From the NCBI GenBank assembly GCA_047150005.1, contig AP038806.1, positions 1,088,001-1,152,000 on the forward strand: a stretch of 64,000 bases of DNA. The letters run 5' to 3'. Position numbers and translations under genes: made by a program. This stretch comes from Nitrospira sp. Its GTDB lineage: Bacteria; Nitrospirota; Nitrospiria; Nitrospirales; Nitrospiraceae. Every line of letters begins with the position of its first letter. The first letter of the stretch is position 1. The notes beneath the pieces were generated by a model. That model searched no databases, was not told where the DNA came from, and saw only the letters and a list, made by a program, of their open reading frames with translations. Positions 17,958 through 28,925 of the stretch are shown here, piece after piece.

Positions 17958-19832
17958 CTAGAATTGGCCCATCGAAAAATCATCCACCGTGGCATGTGAC
18001 AAATCACCGCCTGTCTTCATCCACAGCAGGAGTCCGGCCCTGCCGCTGGTGAATTCGCCGTCCGTTGCGGACAGCAGCAGCGTCTCCGTGGTGGTGCCGG
18101 CGGGAAGGCGGTAAAGACGGAGCGATGTGCCTTGGGCTTCACAGCGGAGCTTGTCGCCCGCTGCCCACTCCACCGAAAAATCACTCGCCAGGTTGGTATC
18201 GCCCGCACCGCCCGGGTGATGGCTGACAATCGCCGCATTACGGGCCCCGTTGGCGCGTGCATAACACCAGTACCAGTCGACCGTGGGAGCAGGTTGTGCG
18301 CGCAAGATACAGCCGAGCTCTCGATCCTCCGAGCCGGTCCATGTTCCCAGCGTGACTTGGCACCACTGATCGCTGGGAGGCGCCACGGCGTTATAGGATT
18401 CCGCCGATTTGGGGTCGGCTAGATTGGTATCGATGGCCCGCACCTGTTGTGACACGATCATCGCTGGAACTTTGTCGGTGTAGCCGGATCCCCAGGCGCT
18501 GCCCAAGTCCGCACTGTCGGGGCGATTAAAGTTGTCTGCGGCGAGCGTCTGGCGGACCGTGCCCCCGTTGGTCACCGTGGTGATGATTACGCTGTCGGGA
18601 GCGCTGTTCTGCGTGCCATCGTTCACGACGAGTTGCACCGTATAGGTGCCGTCGCGATCGACCGTAAAGCTTGGGGCGGCGCTCGTTGGATTCGGCAAGT
18701 CCGCGCCGCTGCCGGCCGGCTTGCTGACCAGGGTCCAGTTGTAGGTGAGCGGATCACCGTTGGGGTCACTGCTCGCGCTGCCGTTCAGGGTGATGAGCGA
18801 TCCGAGAGCCTTGCCCGTCTGGTCGGGACCAGCCTTGGCCACCGGCGGTTCATTCACGGTAGTGATGTTCACGTTGTCGGGGGCGCTGTTCTGCGTGCCA
18901 TCGTTCACGACGAGTTGCACCGTATAGGTGCCGTCGCGATCGACCGTAAAGCTTGGAGAGGCGCTCGTTGGATTCGGCAAGTCCGCGCCGCTGCCGGCCG
19001 GCTTGCTGACCAGGGTCCAGTTGTAGGTGAGCGGATCACCGTTGGGATCACTGCTCGCGCTGCCGTTCAGGGTGATGAGCGATCCGAGAGCCTTGCCCGT
19101 CTGGTCGGAACCGGCATTGGCCACCGGGGGAACATTCGCGGTGGAGATCTTCACGGTATCGGGAGCGCTGTTCTGCCTGCCATCGTTCACGATGAGTTGT
19201 GCCGTATAGGTGCCGTCGCGATCGACCGTAAAGCTTGGGGCGGCGCTCGTCGGATTTGCCAAGTCCGCACCGCTGCCGGCCGGTTTGCTGAGGAGGGTCC
19301 AGCTGTAGGTGAGCGGATCACCGTTGGGGTCACTGCTCGTGCTGCCGTTCAGGGTGATGAGCGATCCCAGAGCCTTGACTCCCTGGTCGGGGCCGGCATT
19401 GGCCACCGGCGGCTCATTCATGGTGGAGATGTTCACGGTATCAGGGGCGCTGTTCTGCACGCCATTGTTGACGACGAGTTGTGCCTTGTAGATGCCGTCG
19501 CGATCGACCGTAAAGCTAGGGGAGACGCTCGTCGGATTCGCCAAGTCCGCACCGCTGCCGGCCGGCTTACTGACCAGGGTCCAGTTGTAGGCAAGCGAAT
19601 GACCAAGAGGGTCGGTACTGGCGCTGCCGTTCAGGGTGATGGGGCTGCCGGCAGGGATATTCACAAGGTTCGGGCCCGCGTTGGCGATTGGTGCGGTACC
19701 GGCTGGTGCGTCAGCGGGAGGAGCAGAAACATTGCCGCCCTCGCCGCAAGCGGTAAGACCAACGGTCGATGCGAAAAAAAACAGGACAGCGCGCACGATG
19801 TCTGCAGCGGGTCTCGGATCGCGGTTCAACAT
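17958..19832 (-). CDS. lipoprotein with four PKD/K319-like Ig repeats and a C-terminal beta-sandwich domain
   Basis: Lipobox LTAC; four copies of PVANAG.DQ...ITLNGS.SSDPNGDPLTY.W. Confidence 0.85.
   Translation of the reverse strand: MLNRDPRPAADIVRAVLFFFASTVGLTACGEGGNVSAPPADAPAGTAPIANAGPNLVNIPAGSPITLNGSASTDPLGHSLAYNWTLVSKPAGSGADLANPTSVSPSFTVDRDGIYKAQLVVNNGVQNSAPDTVNISTMNEPPVANAGPDQGVKALGSLITLNGSTSSDPNGDPLTYSWTLLSKPAGSGADLANPTSAAPSFTVDRDGTYTAQLIVNDGRQNSAPDTVKISTANVPPVANAGSDQTGKALGSLITLNGSASSDPNGDPLTYNWTLVSKPAGSGADLPNPTSASPSFTVDRDGTYTVQLVVNDGTQNSAPDNVNITTVNEPPVAKAGPDQTGKALGSLITLNGSASSDPNGDPLTYNWTLVSKPAGSGADLPNPTSAAPSFTVDRDGTYTVQLVVNDGTQNSAPDSVIITTVTNGGTVRQTLAADNFNRPDSADLGSAWGSGYTDKVPAMIVSQQVRAIDTNLADPKSAESYNAVAPPSDQWCQVTLGTWTGSEDRELGCILRAQPAPTVDWYWCYARANGARNAAIVSHHPGGAGDTNLASDFSVEWAAGDKLRCEAQGTSLRLYRLPAGTTTETLLLSATDGEFTSGRAGLLLWMKTGGDLSHATVDDFSMGQF
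18575..19690. repeat. four tandem 282-bp coding repeats
   Basis: Near-identical blocks recur at a 282-bp period (e.g. 18745, 19027, 19309). Confidence 0.9.
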
Positions 19833-20226
19833 GCTTTCTCAGTACTGGTTGATCATGAAGATCGGCTGGGGCATGAGCAAATCATGTGCCATGGCGTTGC
19901 GTGGCAAGTAAGTGACTTCTTTTTAGTGATTTAGTTTAATCAGAAGGGGCTGCACGAAGTGTTGAGATTGTAGAAACTGAATGGGAAACCATACCAATTC
20001 GCTGGTGGGTTGTAAGTAATTGATTTATTCACATATTTTGAATGAAGGCGCGGCTGGCCGGATTGCCGACTTCGTCAGATGTGAAGGGATAACCATACAA
20101 TTCTCGGTTGCTCAGGTCGCGTTCTATTGTCGAGGAGAGCGAAGGAGTGACCTAGTCGTAAAGGTTGGAACCCATCCAGATTTGAGGATGTCGGCAAGAT
20201 GATATTGAGCTACTGCAAATGAAAAG

Positions 20227-20300
20227 TGGCTGGGGGACTAGGAATCGAACCTAGGTAGCCGGCTCCAAAGGCCGGCGTCCTACCGCTAGACGATCCCCCA
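20227..20300 (-). tRNA. tRNA-Gln(TTG)
   Basis: TGGGGGA...CCGGC-CTTTGGA-GCCGG...GGTTCGATTCC...CCCCCAGCCA. Confidence 0.96.
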
Positions 20301-20351
20301 GCGCGGCATGAGACTCCACGATAGCAGATGAGACGTGAGAAAAAAGAATAT

Positions 20352-20425
20352 TGGCTGGGGGACTAGGAATCGAACCTAGGTAGTCAGATCCAGAGACTGA
20401 CGTCCTACCGCTAGACGATCCCCCA
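20352..20425 (-). tRNA. tRNA-Gln(CTG)
   Basis: Same body with anticodon loop CTCTGGA. Confidence 0.95.
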
Positions 20426-20589
20426 ACCGGCATTCACAGTAATATAAGGGTCCTGATTCCGTCAAGCCAACCCATGCCGCCTCGTGCACCGGTGCCGGAC
20501 GCGAAGTCCCACCGGAACTCGCGCAGATTCTCAATCCTATGTCTTGATCAGTGTGCGGGTAGAGGTGGCGGAGACTGTCGAGCCCTTGC

Positions 20590-22005
20590 TCAAGCAGCCT
20601 GGACCCGTTCAAGCGCCTTGCGCAATCTCAAGAGGGTCCGCTCCCGGCCGAGCACCTCCATCACCTCAAAGAGGCCCGGACTCGCAGTACGGCCGGTGAG
20701 CGCGACACGGACTGGCTGTGCCAGTTGTCCCATCTTCCACCCTTCCTCTTCGACCAACTTCTTGAAGGTTTCCTCCCATTCCGGCTTCGAGTAGGTCGGC
20801 AACGCCTCGAACCGCGCCAACAGCTTTGTCAGAACCGGAGCGGCGGCCGGCGTCAGGAATTTTTTCGCGGCCTCCTCATCGAACGGGACCGTTTCACCGA
20901 AATAGGGCGTGACCCACATCACCATATCGGCCAGTGTCTTTACCCGTTCCTTGACCAGCACGACAACCTGGGCCAGCCATTCCTTCGACACCGAGCGAAC
21001 CTGTTCCGTCAATCCCGCCGACTCCAGTAGAGGAACCAGGGCGTCGGCGACCCGTTCCGGCCGGCTGGTCCGGATATATTCGGCATTCAACCACTGAAGC
21101 TTCTCCGGACTGAAGACCGCGGCCGACTTCTGCACGTGGTCCCAGGAGAACTTCTCGATCAGTTCCTGTCTCGTAAAAATCTCCTGATCGCCATGAGACC
21201 ATCCGAGTCGAACCAGATAATTCACCATGGCTTCGGGCAGGTACCCCATATCCTTATAGGCCATAATCGACGTCGCCCCATGTCGCTTCGAGAGGCGGGC
21301 CTTGTCCGCCCCCAGAATCATCGGCAAGTGGCCGAACCGGGGAACCGGGAAACCAAGGGCCTCGAAGATCGGTACTTGGCGCGGGGTATTGGTCAGGTGG
21401 TCGTCCCCGCGTACGACATGGGTGATCCCCATCAACGCATCGTCGATGACGACGGAGAAATTATACGTCGGATAGCCGTTCGACCTGAGGATGATGAGAT
21501 CATCCAATACCGAGTTGTCGAACACCACCTTCCCCTTGATCAGATCGTCGACGACCGTTTGGCCGTCCTGCGGCGCCTTGAACCGGAGCGCGGCCTCTCC
21601 GGTAGGATGGGCGATACCGAGGTTGCGGCAGCGACCGTCATAGCGCGGCGAGAGTCCCTTCGTCTCGGCTTCCCGTCGACGCGTCTCCAACTCCTCGGGC
21701 TTGCATACGCACCAATAGGCGCGCCCCCGCTCAAACAGGGTCATGGCATGATGGCGATAGAGGTCCATGCGCTGGGTCTGGCGAAAGGGCCCCTCATCCC
21801 AATCCAGTCCGACCCATTTCATCCCTTCGATGATCGCTGCGATCGATTCCTCCGTCGACCGGCCTTGATCCGTATCTTCGATTCGAAGAACAAATACTCC
21901 GCTCTGCTGGCGGGCGAAGAGCCAATTGAAGAGTGCCGTCCGGACCCCGCCGATATGGAGAAACCCGGTGGGACTCGGTGCGAATCGGACACGAACCTGG
22001 GACAT
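20590..22005 (-). CDS. gltX: glutamate--tRNA ligase
   Basis: RFAPSPTGFLHIGG, LSKR. Confidence 0.97.
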   Translation of the reverse strand: MSQVRVRFAPSPTGFLHIGGVRTALFNWLFARQQSGVFVLRIEDTDQGRSTEESIAAIIEGMKWVGLDWDEGPFRQTQRMDLYRHHAMTLFERGRAYWCVCKPEELETRRREAETKGLSPRYDGRCRNLGIAHPTGEAALRFKAPQDGQTVVDDLIKGKVVFDNSVLDDLIILRSNGYPTYNFSVVIDDALMGITHVVRGDDHLTNTPRQVPIFEALGFPVPRFGHLPMILGADKARLSKRHGATSIMAYKDMGYLPEAMVNYLVRLGWSHGDQEIFTRQELIEKFSWDHVQKSAAVFSPEKLQWLNAEYIRTSRPERVADALVPLLESAGLTEQVRSVSKEWLAQVVVLVKERVKTLADMVMWVTPYFGETVPFDEEAAKKFLTPAAAPVLTKLLARFEALPTYSKPEWEETFKKLVEEEGWKMGQLAQPVRVALTGRTASPGLFEVMEVLGRERTLLRLRKALERVQAA

Positions 22006-22132
22006 AGCTTACCTTTGCGACATCGTCATGACGGGGGGCGTATCTATAACATGGGCTGAAAAGTCTTGTACAGCAACGCGCTCGTGATGCACCCTTTCTT
22101 CCGGCGCCCCCTTCTGATATGAATCGAATCGT

Positions 22133-22837
22133 ATGGCGGAATTTATCCAGTGGGCCACGCTGCTGTCCGTCACGGATCTCACACCGCACGTTCGGCAACT
22201 GGTGCTGCTCCCGAAGGAGCGTCCGCTCTCGTTTCGCCCCGGTCAATGGGTCTCGCTCAAACTGCCGGTCGGCCCGAATCCTCCGCTCAACCGAGCGTAC
22301 TCGATGGCGGCGCCGGGTACGGCTTCGGGCGAACTCACGCTGATATTGGATCGGGTCGTCGGAGGGCTGGGATCCGGCTATCTCTACGAACTGAGTCCAG
22401 GCAACGACGTCGAATTATCCGGCCCCTACGGCAACTTTACGCTTCCTCCCCGACTCGACCACGAACTCCTGCTTATCGGTCGCTTTACGGGCCTGGTCCC
22501 CATCCGTTGCATGCTGAAACAGATGTACTCGCAGCAGCGAACGGAATCCGTCCTGCTGATCGCGGTCGCTCCGGACGAGGACGATCTATTGTTTCATCAC
22601 GAGTTCTTGACCTTGGCCGTCCACCATCCTGGCTTCCGCTATCTGCCGCTAGTCGCCGCCGCTGGAGAGCAGCAGGGAGTCGATCTGGTGCTTTCCATGC
22701 TGCGCCCGTTGATGAGCGGCGGCCCCAAAATGCTGCCGATGCTGTGCGGAACAAAACACTTCGTGCGGCCGCTTCGGGCCTACTTCCTCGAGGCGGGGTA
22801 TGGACGGAAGGAAGTCAAAAACGAAACGTACGACTGA
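22133..22837 (+). CDS. ferredoxin-NADP reductase-like FAD-binding oxidoreductase
   Basis: FRPGQW, RAYS, GLGSGYL, GPYG. Confidence 0.85.
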   Translation: MAEFIQWATLLSVTDLTPHVRQLVLLPKERPLSFRPGQWVSLKLPVGPNPPLNRAYSMAAPGTASGELTLILDRVVGGLGSGYLYELSPGNDVELSGPYGNFTLPPRLDHELLLIGRFTGLVPIRCMLKQMYSQQRTESVLLIAVAPDEDDLLFHHEFLTLAVHHPGFRYLPLVAAAGEQQGVDLVLSMLRPLMSGGPKMLPMLCGTKHFVRPLRAYFLEAGYGRKEVKNETYD

Positions 22838-22893
22838 ACGCGTGGGACCGGTGCATTACTGCAAGCCGGGCCGGTCGGAACCGCTCCTCCGAT

Positions 22894-23310
22894 TCAATGA
22901 CCTTCCTTAACCAAGTTCTTATTCACGGCGGGAATCTCCACCACGATATCCTTGGTTCCATTGGGCACGCACTGGCAACCAAGGCGTGATTGAAGGGTCG
23001 TCATCGGCGCCTCGTCGAGCTGATCGAATTCATCGTCCGTACCTTCATTGCAACTCTCCAAACCTTGCTTGACGATCACATGGCAGGTAGAACAGGCACA
23101 GACTCCTCCGCAGACGTGCTCTAATTCGATTCCGTGCCCCATCGCGATATCAAGGAGACTGCCCGGCAGTCCGGTCACCCCATAAGGGATCTTATTTGGA
23201 TCCACCTGAACCTTGGTGACCGCGCCGTTGGGTGCCACAAAGGTGACGCTATACGGACGCGTCGGTAACTCGACGTCGCTTTTCTCAATATAAGGGTTCG
23301 TGCCTCCCAT
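22894..23310 (-). CDS. fdx: ISC-type 2Fe-2S ferredoxin
   Basis: HVCGGVCACSTCH...SRLGCQ. Confidence 0.92.
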   Translation of the reverse strand: MGGTNPYIEKSDVELPTRPYSVTFVAPNGAVTKVQVDPNKIPYGVTGLPGSLLDIAMGHGIELEHVCGGVCACSTCHVIVKQGLESCNEGTDDEFDQLDEAPMTTLQSRLGCQCVPNGTKDIVVEIPAVNKNLVKEGH

Positions 23311-23457
23311 TTGATCGCGTTCCTTTCTTCCGCTCGAGCGAGGTATTGGAGCCAGCCCTACCGCAGTTGACAGTCTCGAAGAGCCCGTGCTATCGTTAGT
23401 CCGACCTTTCAGATCGGAGATCATTATAGTCTCCGATCAATCCGATCGGCAATAGCC

Positions 23458-23928
23458 ATGTTGAAGATTTCAAAGAAAGCTGATTATGCCCTGATGGCTC
23501 TTCAGCACATTGCGTCGGTCCAGTTCGGCGATCTCACCCCTGGACGCGTCGTCAATACAAAGGAGATCGCTGAGGAATACCATATCCCTCTTGAGCTGCT
23601 GGCGAAAGTGCTGCAAACCCTGGCCAAGAACGGCATGATCGAAAGCCATAACGGCCCTAAGGGAGGCTACGTGTTGGGGCGAAGCGCCGGCCAGATTACG
23701 ATCGCGCAGATTCTTGAAAGCATTGAAGGCCCCCTGGGTATTACCGACTGTTCCCACGAGAAGGATGGCGATATCTGCTCCCAGCTGGAGCACTGCAATA
23801 TCCGCACGCCATTATTGAAGGTGCAAGACAGCATTTATCAGTTGCTCAACAGCATGACGCTCCAGGACATGCTGAGCGGCACACCACTTATTACTATTCA
23901 GTCATCCACGGCGCAAGGAGTCCAATAA
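23458..23928 (+). CDS. iscR: Rrf2-family regulator
   Basis: GPKGGYVL, three Cys, first gene of the isc operon. Confidence 0.85.
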   Translation: MLKISKKADYALMALQHIASVQFGDLTPGRVVNTKEIAEEYHIPLELLAKVLQTLAKNGMIESHNGPKGGYVLGRSAGQITIAQILESIEGPLGITDCSHEKDGDICSQLEHCNIRTPLLKVQDSIYQLLNSMTLQDMLSGTPLITIQSSTAQGVQ

Positions 23929-23936
23929 GGAGTCGA

Positions 23937-25157
23937 ATGATGAAACTTCCGATTTTCCTCGATAACCATAGCACCACTCCCATGGATCCGCGCGTGCTGG
24001 AATCCATGCTCCCATACTTCACTGAAAAGTTCGGCAATGCGGCCAGCCGCAATCATGCCTTCGGATGGGCGGCCGAAGAAGCGGTCGACAATGCCCGGAA
24101 GCAGATCGCCAAGCTGATCAAAGCCGACGCGAAGGAGATCGTCTTCACCAGCGGCGCCACCGAATCCGATAATTTGGCGATCAAAGGCGTGCTCGAGATG
24201 TACAAGGAGAAGGGCACGCACATCATCACCGCCTTGACCGAGCACCGTGCCGTGCTCGATACGGCCAAGGCGCTGGAGGCAAAGGGCCTGGCCACCGTGA
24301 CGCTGTTGCCGGTCGACAAGCAGGGCATGGTCAATCCGGAGGACGTGCGCAACGCCATCACCGATAAAACCATTCTGATCTCCGTGATGCTGGCCAACAA
24401 TGAAATCGGAACGATCAACCCGATCAAGCAGATCGGGAAGATCGCCAAAGAAAAGGGCATCCTTTTCCACTGTGACGCCACGCAAGGCGTCGGCAAGATT
24501 CAGGTGGACGTGCAGGACATGGGCATCGACCTCATGTCCTTTTCGGCCCACAAGATCTACGGCCCCAAAGGTGTGGGGGCCCTCTACGTGCGCAAGAAAA
24601 ACCCCCGGGTCAGGATTGCCGCCCAAATGGACGGCGGTGGGCACGAGCGGGGTATGCGCTCGGGAACGCTGGCGGTACCGTTGATCGTCGGATTCGGCAA
24701 GGCTTGCGAGATTTGCGAACAGGAGATGGCGGCGGAAACCGAGCGGCTGACCAAGATGCGGGATCGGCTCCAGAGCGCCATCATGGGAGCCCTCGAAGAG
24801 ACCTATCTCAACGGTCACCCGACCAATCGACTGCCGGGGAACTTGAACATTTCTTTCGCCTACGTCGAAGGAGAATCGTTGTTGATGGGCATGAAGGATA
24901 TCGCGCTCTCGTCCGGCTCCGCCTGCACATCGGCGACCCTGGAGCCGTCCTATGTGTTGCGGGCGCTGGGCGTCGGAACGGAACTGGCCCACTCCTCGAT
25001 CCGATTCGGTCTAGGTCGGTTCAACACCGAAGAGGAGATTGACTATACGATTAAGAAGGTTATCGAGGTAGTGACCAAGCTTCGAGAGATGTCACCGCTC
25101 TATGAAATGGCCAAAGACGGCGTCGACTTGAAAACGGTTCAATGGGCGGCTCATTAA
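23937..25157 (+). CDS. iscS: cysteine desulfurase
   Basis: [18 protein letters not shown]. Confidence 0.97.
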   Translation: MMKLPIFLDNHSTTPMDPRVLESMLPYFTEKFGNAASRNHAFGWAAEEAVDNARKQIAKLIKADAKEIVFTSGATESDNLAIKGVLEMYKEKGTHIITALTEHRAVLDTAKALEAKGLATVTLLPVDKQGMVNPEDVRNAITDKTILISVMLANNEIGTINPIKQIGKIAKEKGILFHCDATQGVGKIQVDVQDMGIDLMSFSAHKIYGPKGVGALYVRKKNPRVRIAAQMDGGGHERGMRSGTLAVPLIVGFGKACEICEQEMAAETERLTKMRDRLQSAIMGALEETYLNGHPTNRLPGNLNISFAYVEGESLLMGMKDIALSSGSACTSATLEPSYVLRALGVGTELAHSSIRFGLGRFNTEEEIDYTIKKVIEVVTKLREMSPLYEMAKDGVDLKTVQWAAH

Positions 25158-25202
25158 CGACAATTCTTAAACCGGAACGTCGAAACTTCACGGAGGCGGA
25201 CC

Positions 25203-25586
25203 ATGGCATACAGCGATAAAGTAGTGGATCACTTCAATAATCCCCGGAACATGGGGAGTTTCAAGAAGGATGAGGACGGCGTCGGGACTGGAATGGTCGG
25301 AGCCCCGGAGTGCGGCGACGTCATGAAGCTCCAGATCAAGGTGCAGGATGATACGATCGTCGACGCCAAGTTCAAGACGTTCGGCTGTGGCTCCGCCATT
25401 GCCAGCTCAAGCCTGGCGACGGAATGGCTGAAGGGCAAGACGCTCGAAGAAGCGCAAAAGATCAAGAACACCGACATCGTGCAGGAACTCAATCTTCCGC
25501 CCGTCAAAATCCATTGTTCCGTCCTGGCGGAAGACGCGATCAAAGCGGCCTTGGCCGACTATCACAAGAAGTCGGAAACCAAGTAA
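25203..25586 (+). CDS. iscU: Fe-S scaffold protein
   Basis: GAPECGDVM, FGCGSA, LPPVKIHCS. Confidence 0.97.
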   Translation: MAYSDKVVDHFNNPRNMGSFKKDEDGVGTGMVGAPECGDVMKLQIKVQDDTIVDAKFKTFGCGSAIASSSLATEWLKGKTLEEAQKIKNTDIVQELNLPPVKIHCSVLAEDAIKAALADYHKKSETK

Positions 25587-25613
25587 GCCGGCACGAGAAA
25601 GGGGACGCTCGAT

Positions 25614-25967
25614 ATGAACGAGGACACGGCAACCCAGACTCCGGTCATCAGCCTCACTGACGCCGCATTGAATGAGGTCAAGCGGCTTATCAACGTTCAG
25701 GGCATCACGGAAGGCGGGTTACGCCTGGGGGTGAAAGGTGGCGGCTGCTCGGGCCTGAGTTACACGATCAATTTCGACGAAAAGATCGGGCAATACGACC
25801 AGGTTTATGATTTCGAAGGGGTCAAGGTCATCGTCGACGCGAAGAGCGCCATTTATCTGCAGGGCACCCAGCTGGATTACCAGAAGGATCTGATGGGCGG
25901 CTCGTTTAAGTTCGTCAATCCGAACGCCAATAAGACGTGCGGCTGCGGAGAGTCCTTCTCGGCCTAA
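25614..25967 (+). CDS. iscA: A-type Fe-S carrier
   Basis: GGCSG, CGCGESF. Confidence 0.93.
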   Translation: MNEDTATQTPVISLTDAALNEVKRLINVQGITEGGLRLGVKGGGCSGLSYTINFDEKIGQYDQVYDFEGVKVIVDAKSAIYLQGTQLDYQKDLMGGSFKFVNPNANKTCGCGESFSA

Positions 25968-26033
25968 GGCGGCCGTTACAAGAGTGATAGCCGTTGGAGC
26001 GGGCATGGCGAGATGCCATGCCCGTTTTTGCTC

Positions 26034-26747
26034 ATGGCCCCACATACACATCCTTCCGGCAGGCGCGAATTGCAGATGGCTCGCAGCATGTGCTGGCACT
26101 GTCAATCCGAAGTGTCCGGCGAATATTTCTGCGAGCGCTGCGTCAAGGTACAGCCGGTTTCGAAAGACGCCGACTACTTTAGCTGCCTGGGCTTTCCCCG
26201 GCGGCTGAACCTCGACGTGCAGAAACTGGAGGCGTCCTTCTACGAACTCAGCCGCGCGTTTCACCCCGACTTCTATCAAAACAAGACTGAAACGGAACAG
26301 GCCATCAGCCTCGGCAACGCCGCCACCCTGAACACGGCCTACCGGACGCTTCGCGACCCGATTCAGCGCGCGGAATATCTGCTCTCACTGGAAGCCGGCT
26401 CCGTGAAGGACATCAGAACCTCGCCTCCCGCCGATCTCTTCGAAGAGATTTTAGAATTGCAGGACACGCTCGACGAATATCGAGCTGCGGACCGCGCTTC
26501 CGACGCCGCGCAACGACTCCGCCCGTCGCTTCTATCCGAACAACGCAAGCTGGAGGAGCGGACGAAGGCCATCGAGACGCAACTCCACCAACTGTTCGAC
26601 CAATGGGACGAATTGCAAGATCGCGGCGAAGCGACAAACGAATCCAGAAGCGAACGGGAGCGGCTGTTGAAAGAGATGCGAGACCTGCTGTCGCATCGCA
26701 CCTACATCGGCAACATCGTTCGCGACCTTGTCGCCACGATCGAGTGA
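26034..26747 (+). CDS. hscB: Fe-S co-chaperone with N-terminal CxxC-CxxC module
   Basis: J-domain HPD; N.AY.TL.DP..RA.Y. Confidence 0.92.
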   Translation: MAPHTHPSGRRELQMARSMCWHCQSEVSGEYFCERCVKVQPVSKDADYFSCLGFPRRLNLDVQKLEASFYELSRAFHPDFYQNKTETEQAISLGNAATLNTAYRTLRDPIQRAEYLLSLEAGSVKDIRTSPPADLFEEILELQDTLDEYRAADRASDAAQRLRPSLLSEQRKLEERTKAIETQLHQLFDQWDELQDRGEATNESRSERERLLKEMRDLLSHRTYIGNIVRDLVATIE

Positions 26748-26780
26748 CGGCGGCGGACATCACCTCGACTACTTGAGCCC

Positions 26781-28601
<1,821 letters not shown>

Positions 28602-28682
28602 AGCGTCGCTCGTGAAACGTATCTCGCAAGACAATCTGGACGCTGTACGCTTCACGAACGACGAGATGCAAAGGAGTCGTGC

Positions 28683-28901
28683 ATGGATTTGAAGTGGCAG
28701 GATGCGGAGGAGATCGCAATTCGGCTGGTGGAAGAACATCCGGAGACGGATCCTCTCACCGCCCGCTTCACCGACATGCATGCCTGGATCGTGGCTCTGC
28801 CCGACTTCAAAGACGATCCGAAGCGGCGTGATGGGATGGAATCAATCCTGGAAGCGATTCAAATGGCCTGGCATGAAGAGTTCAAAGATTCACAGGGCTG
28901 A
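28683..28901 (+). CDS. iscX: Fe-S assembly protein IscX
   Basis: LKW.D...IA..L...RFTD...ILEAI...W.EE. Confidence 0.92.
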   Translation: MDLKWQDAEEIAIRLVEEHPETDPLTARFTDMHAWIVALPDFKDDPKRRDGMESILEAIQMAWHEEFKDSQG

Positions 28902-28925
28902 GGAACGCGCCGACCTGCCTGTGCC

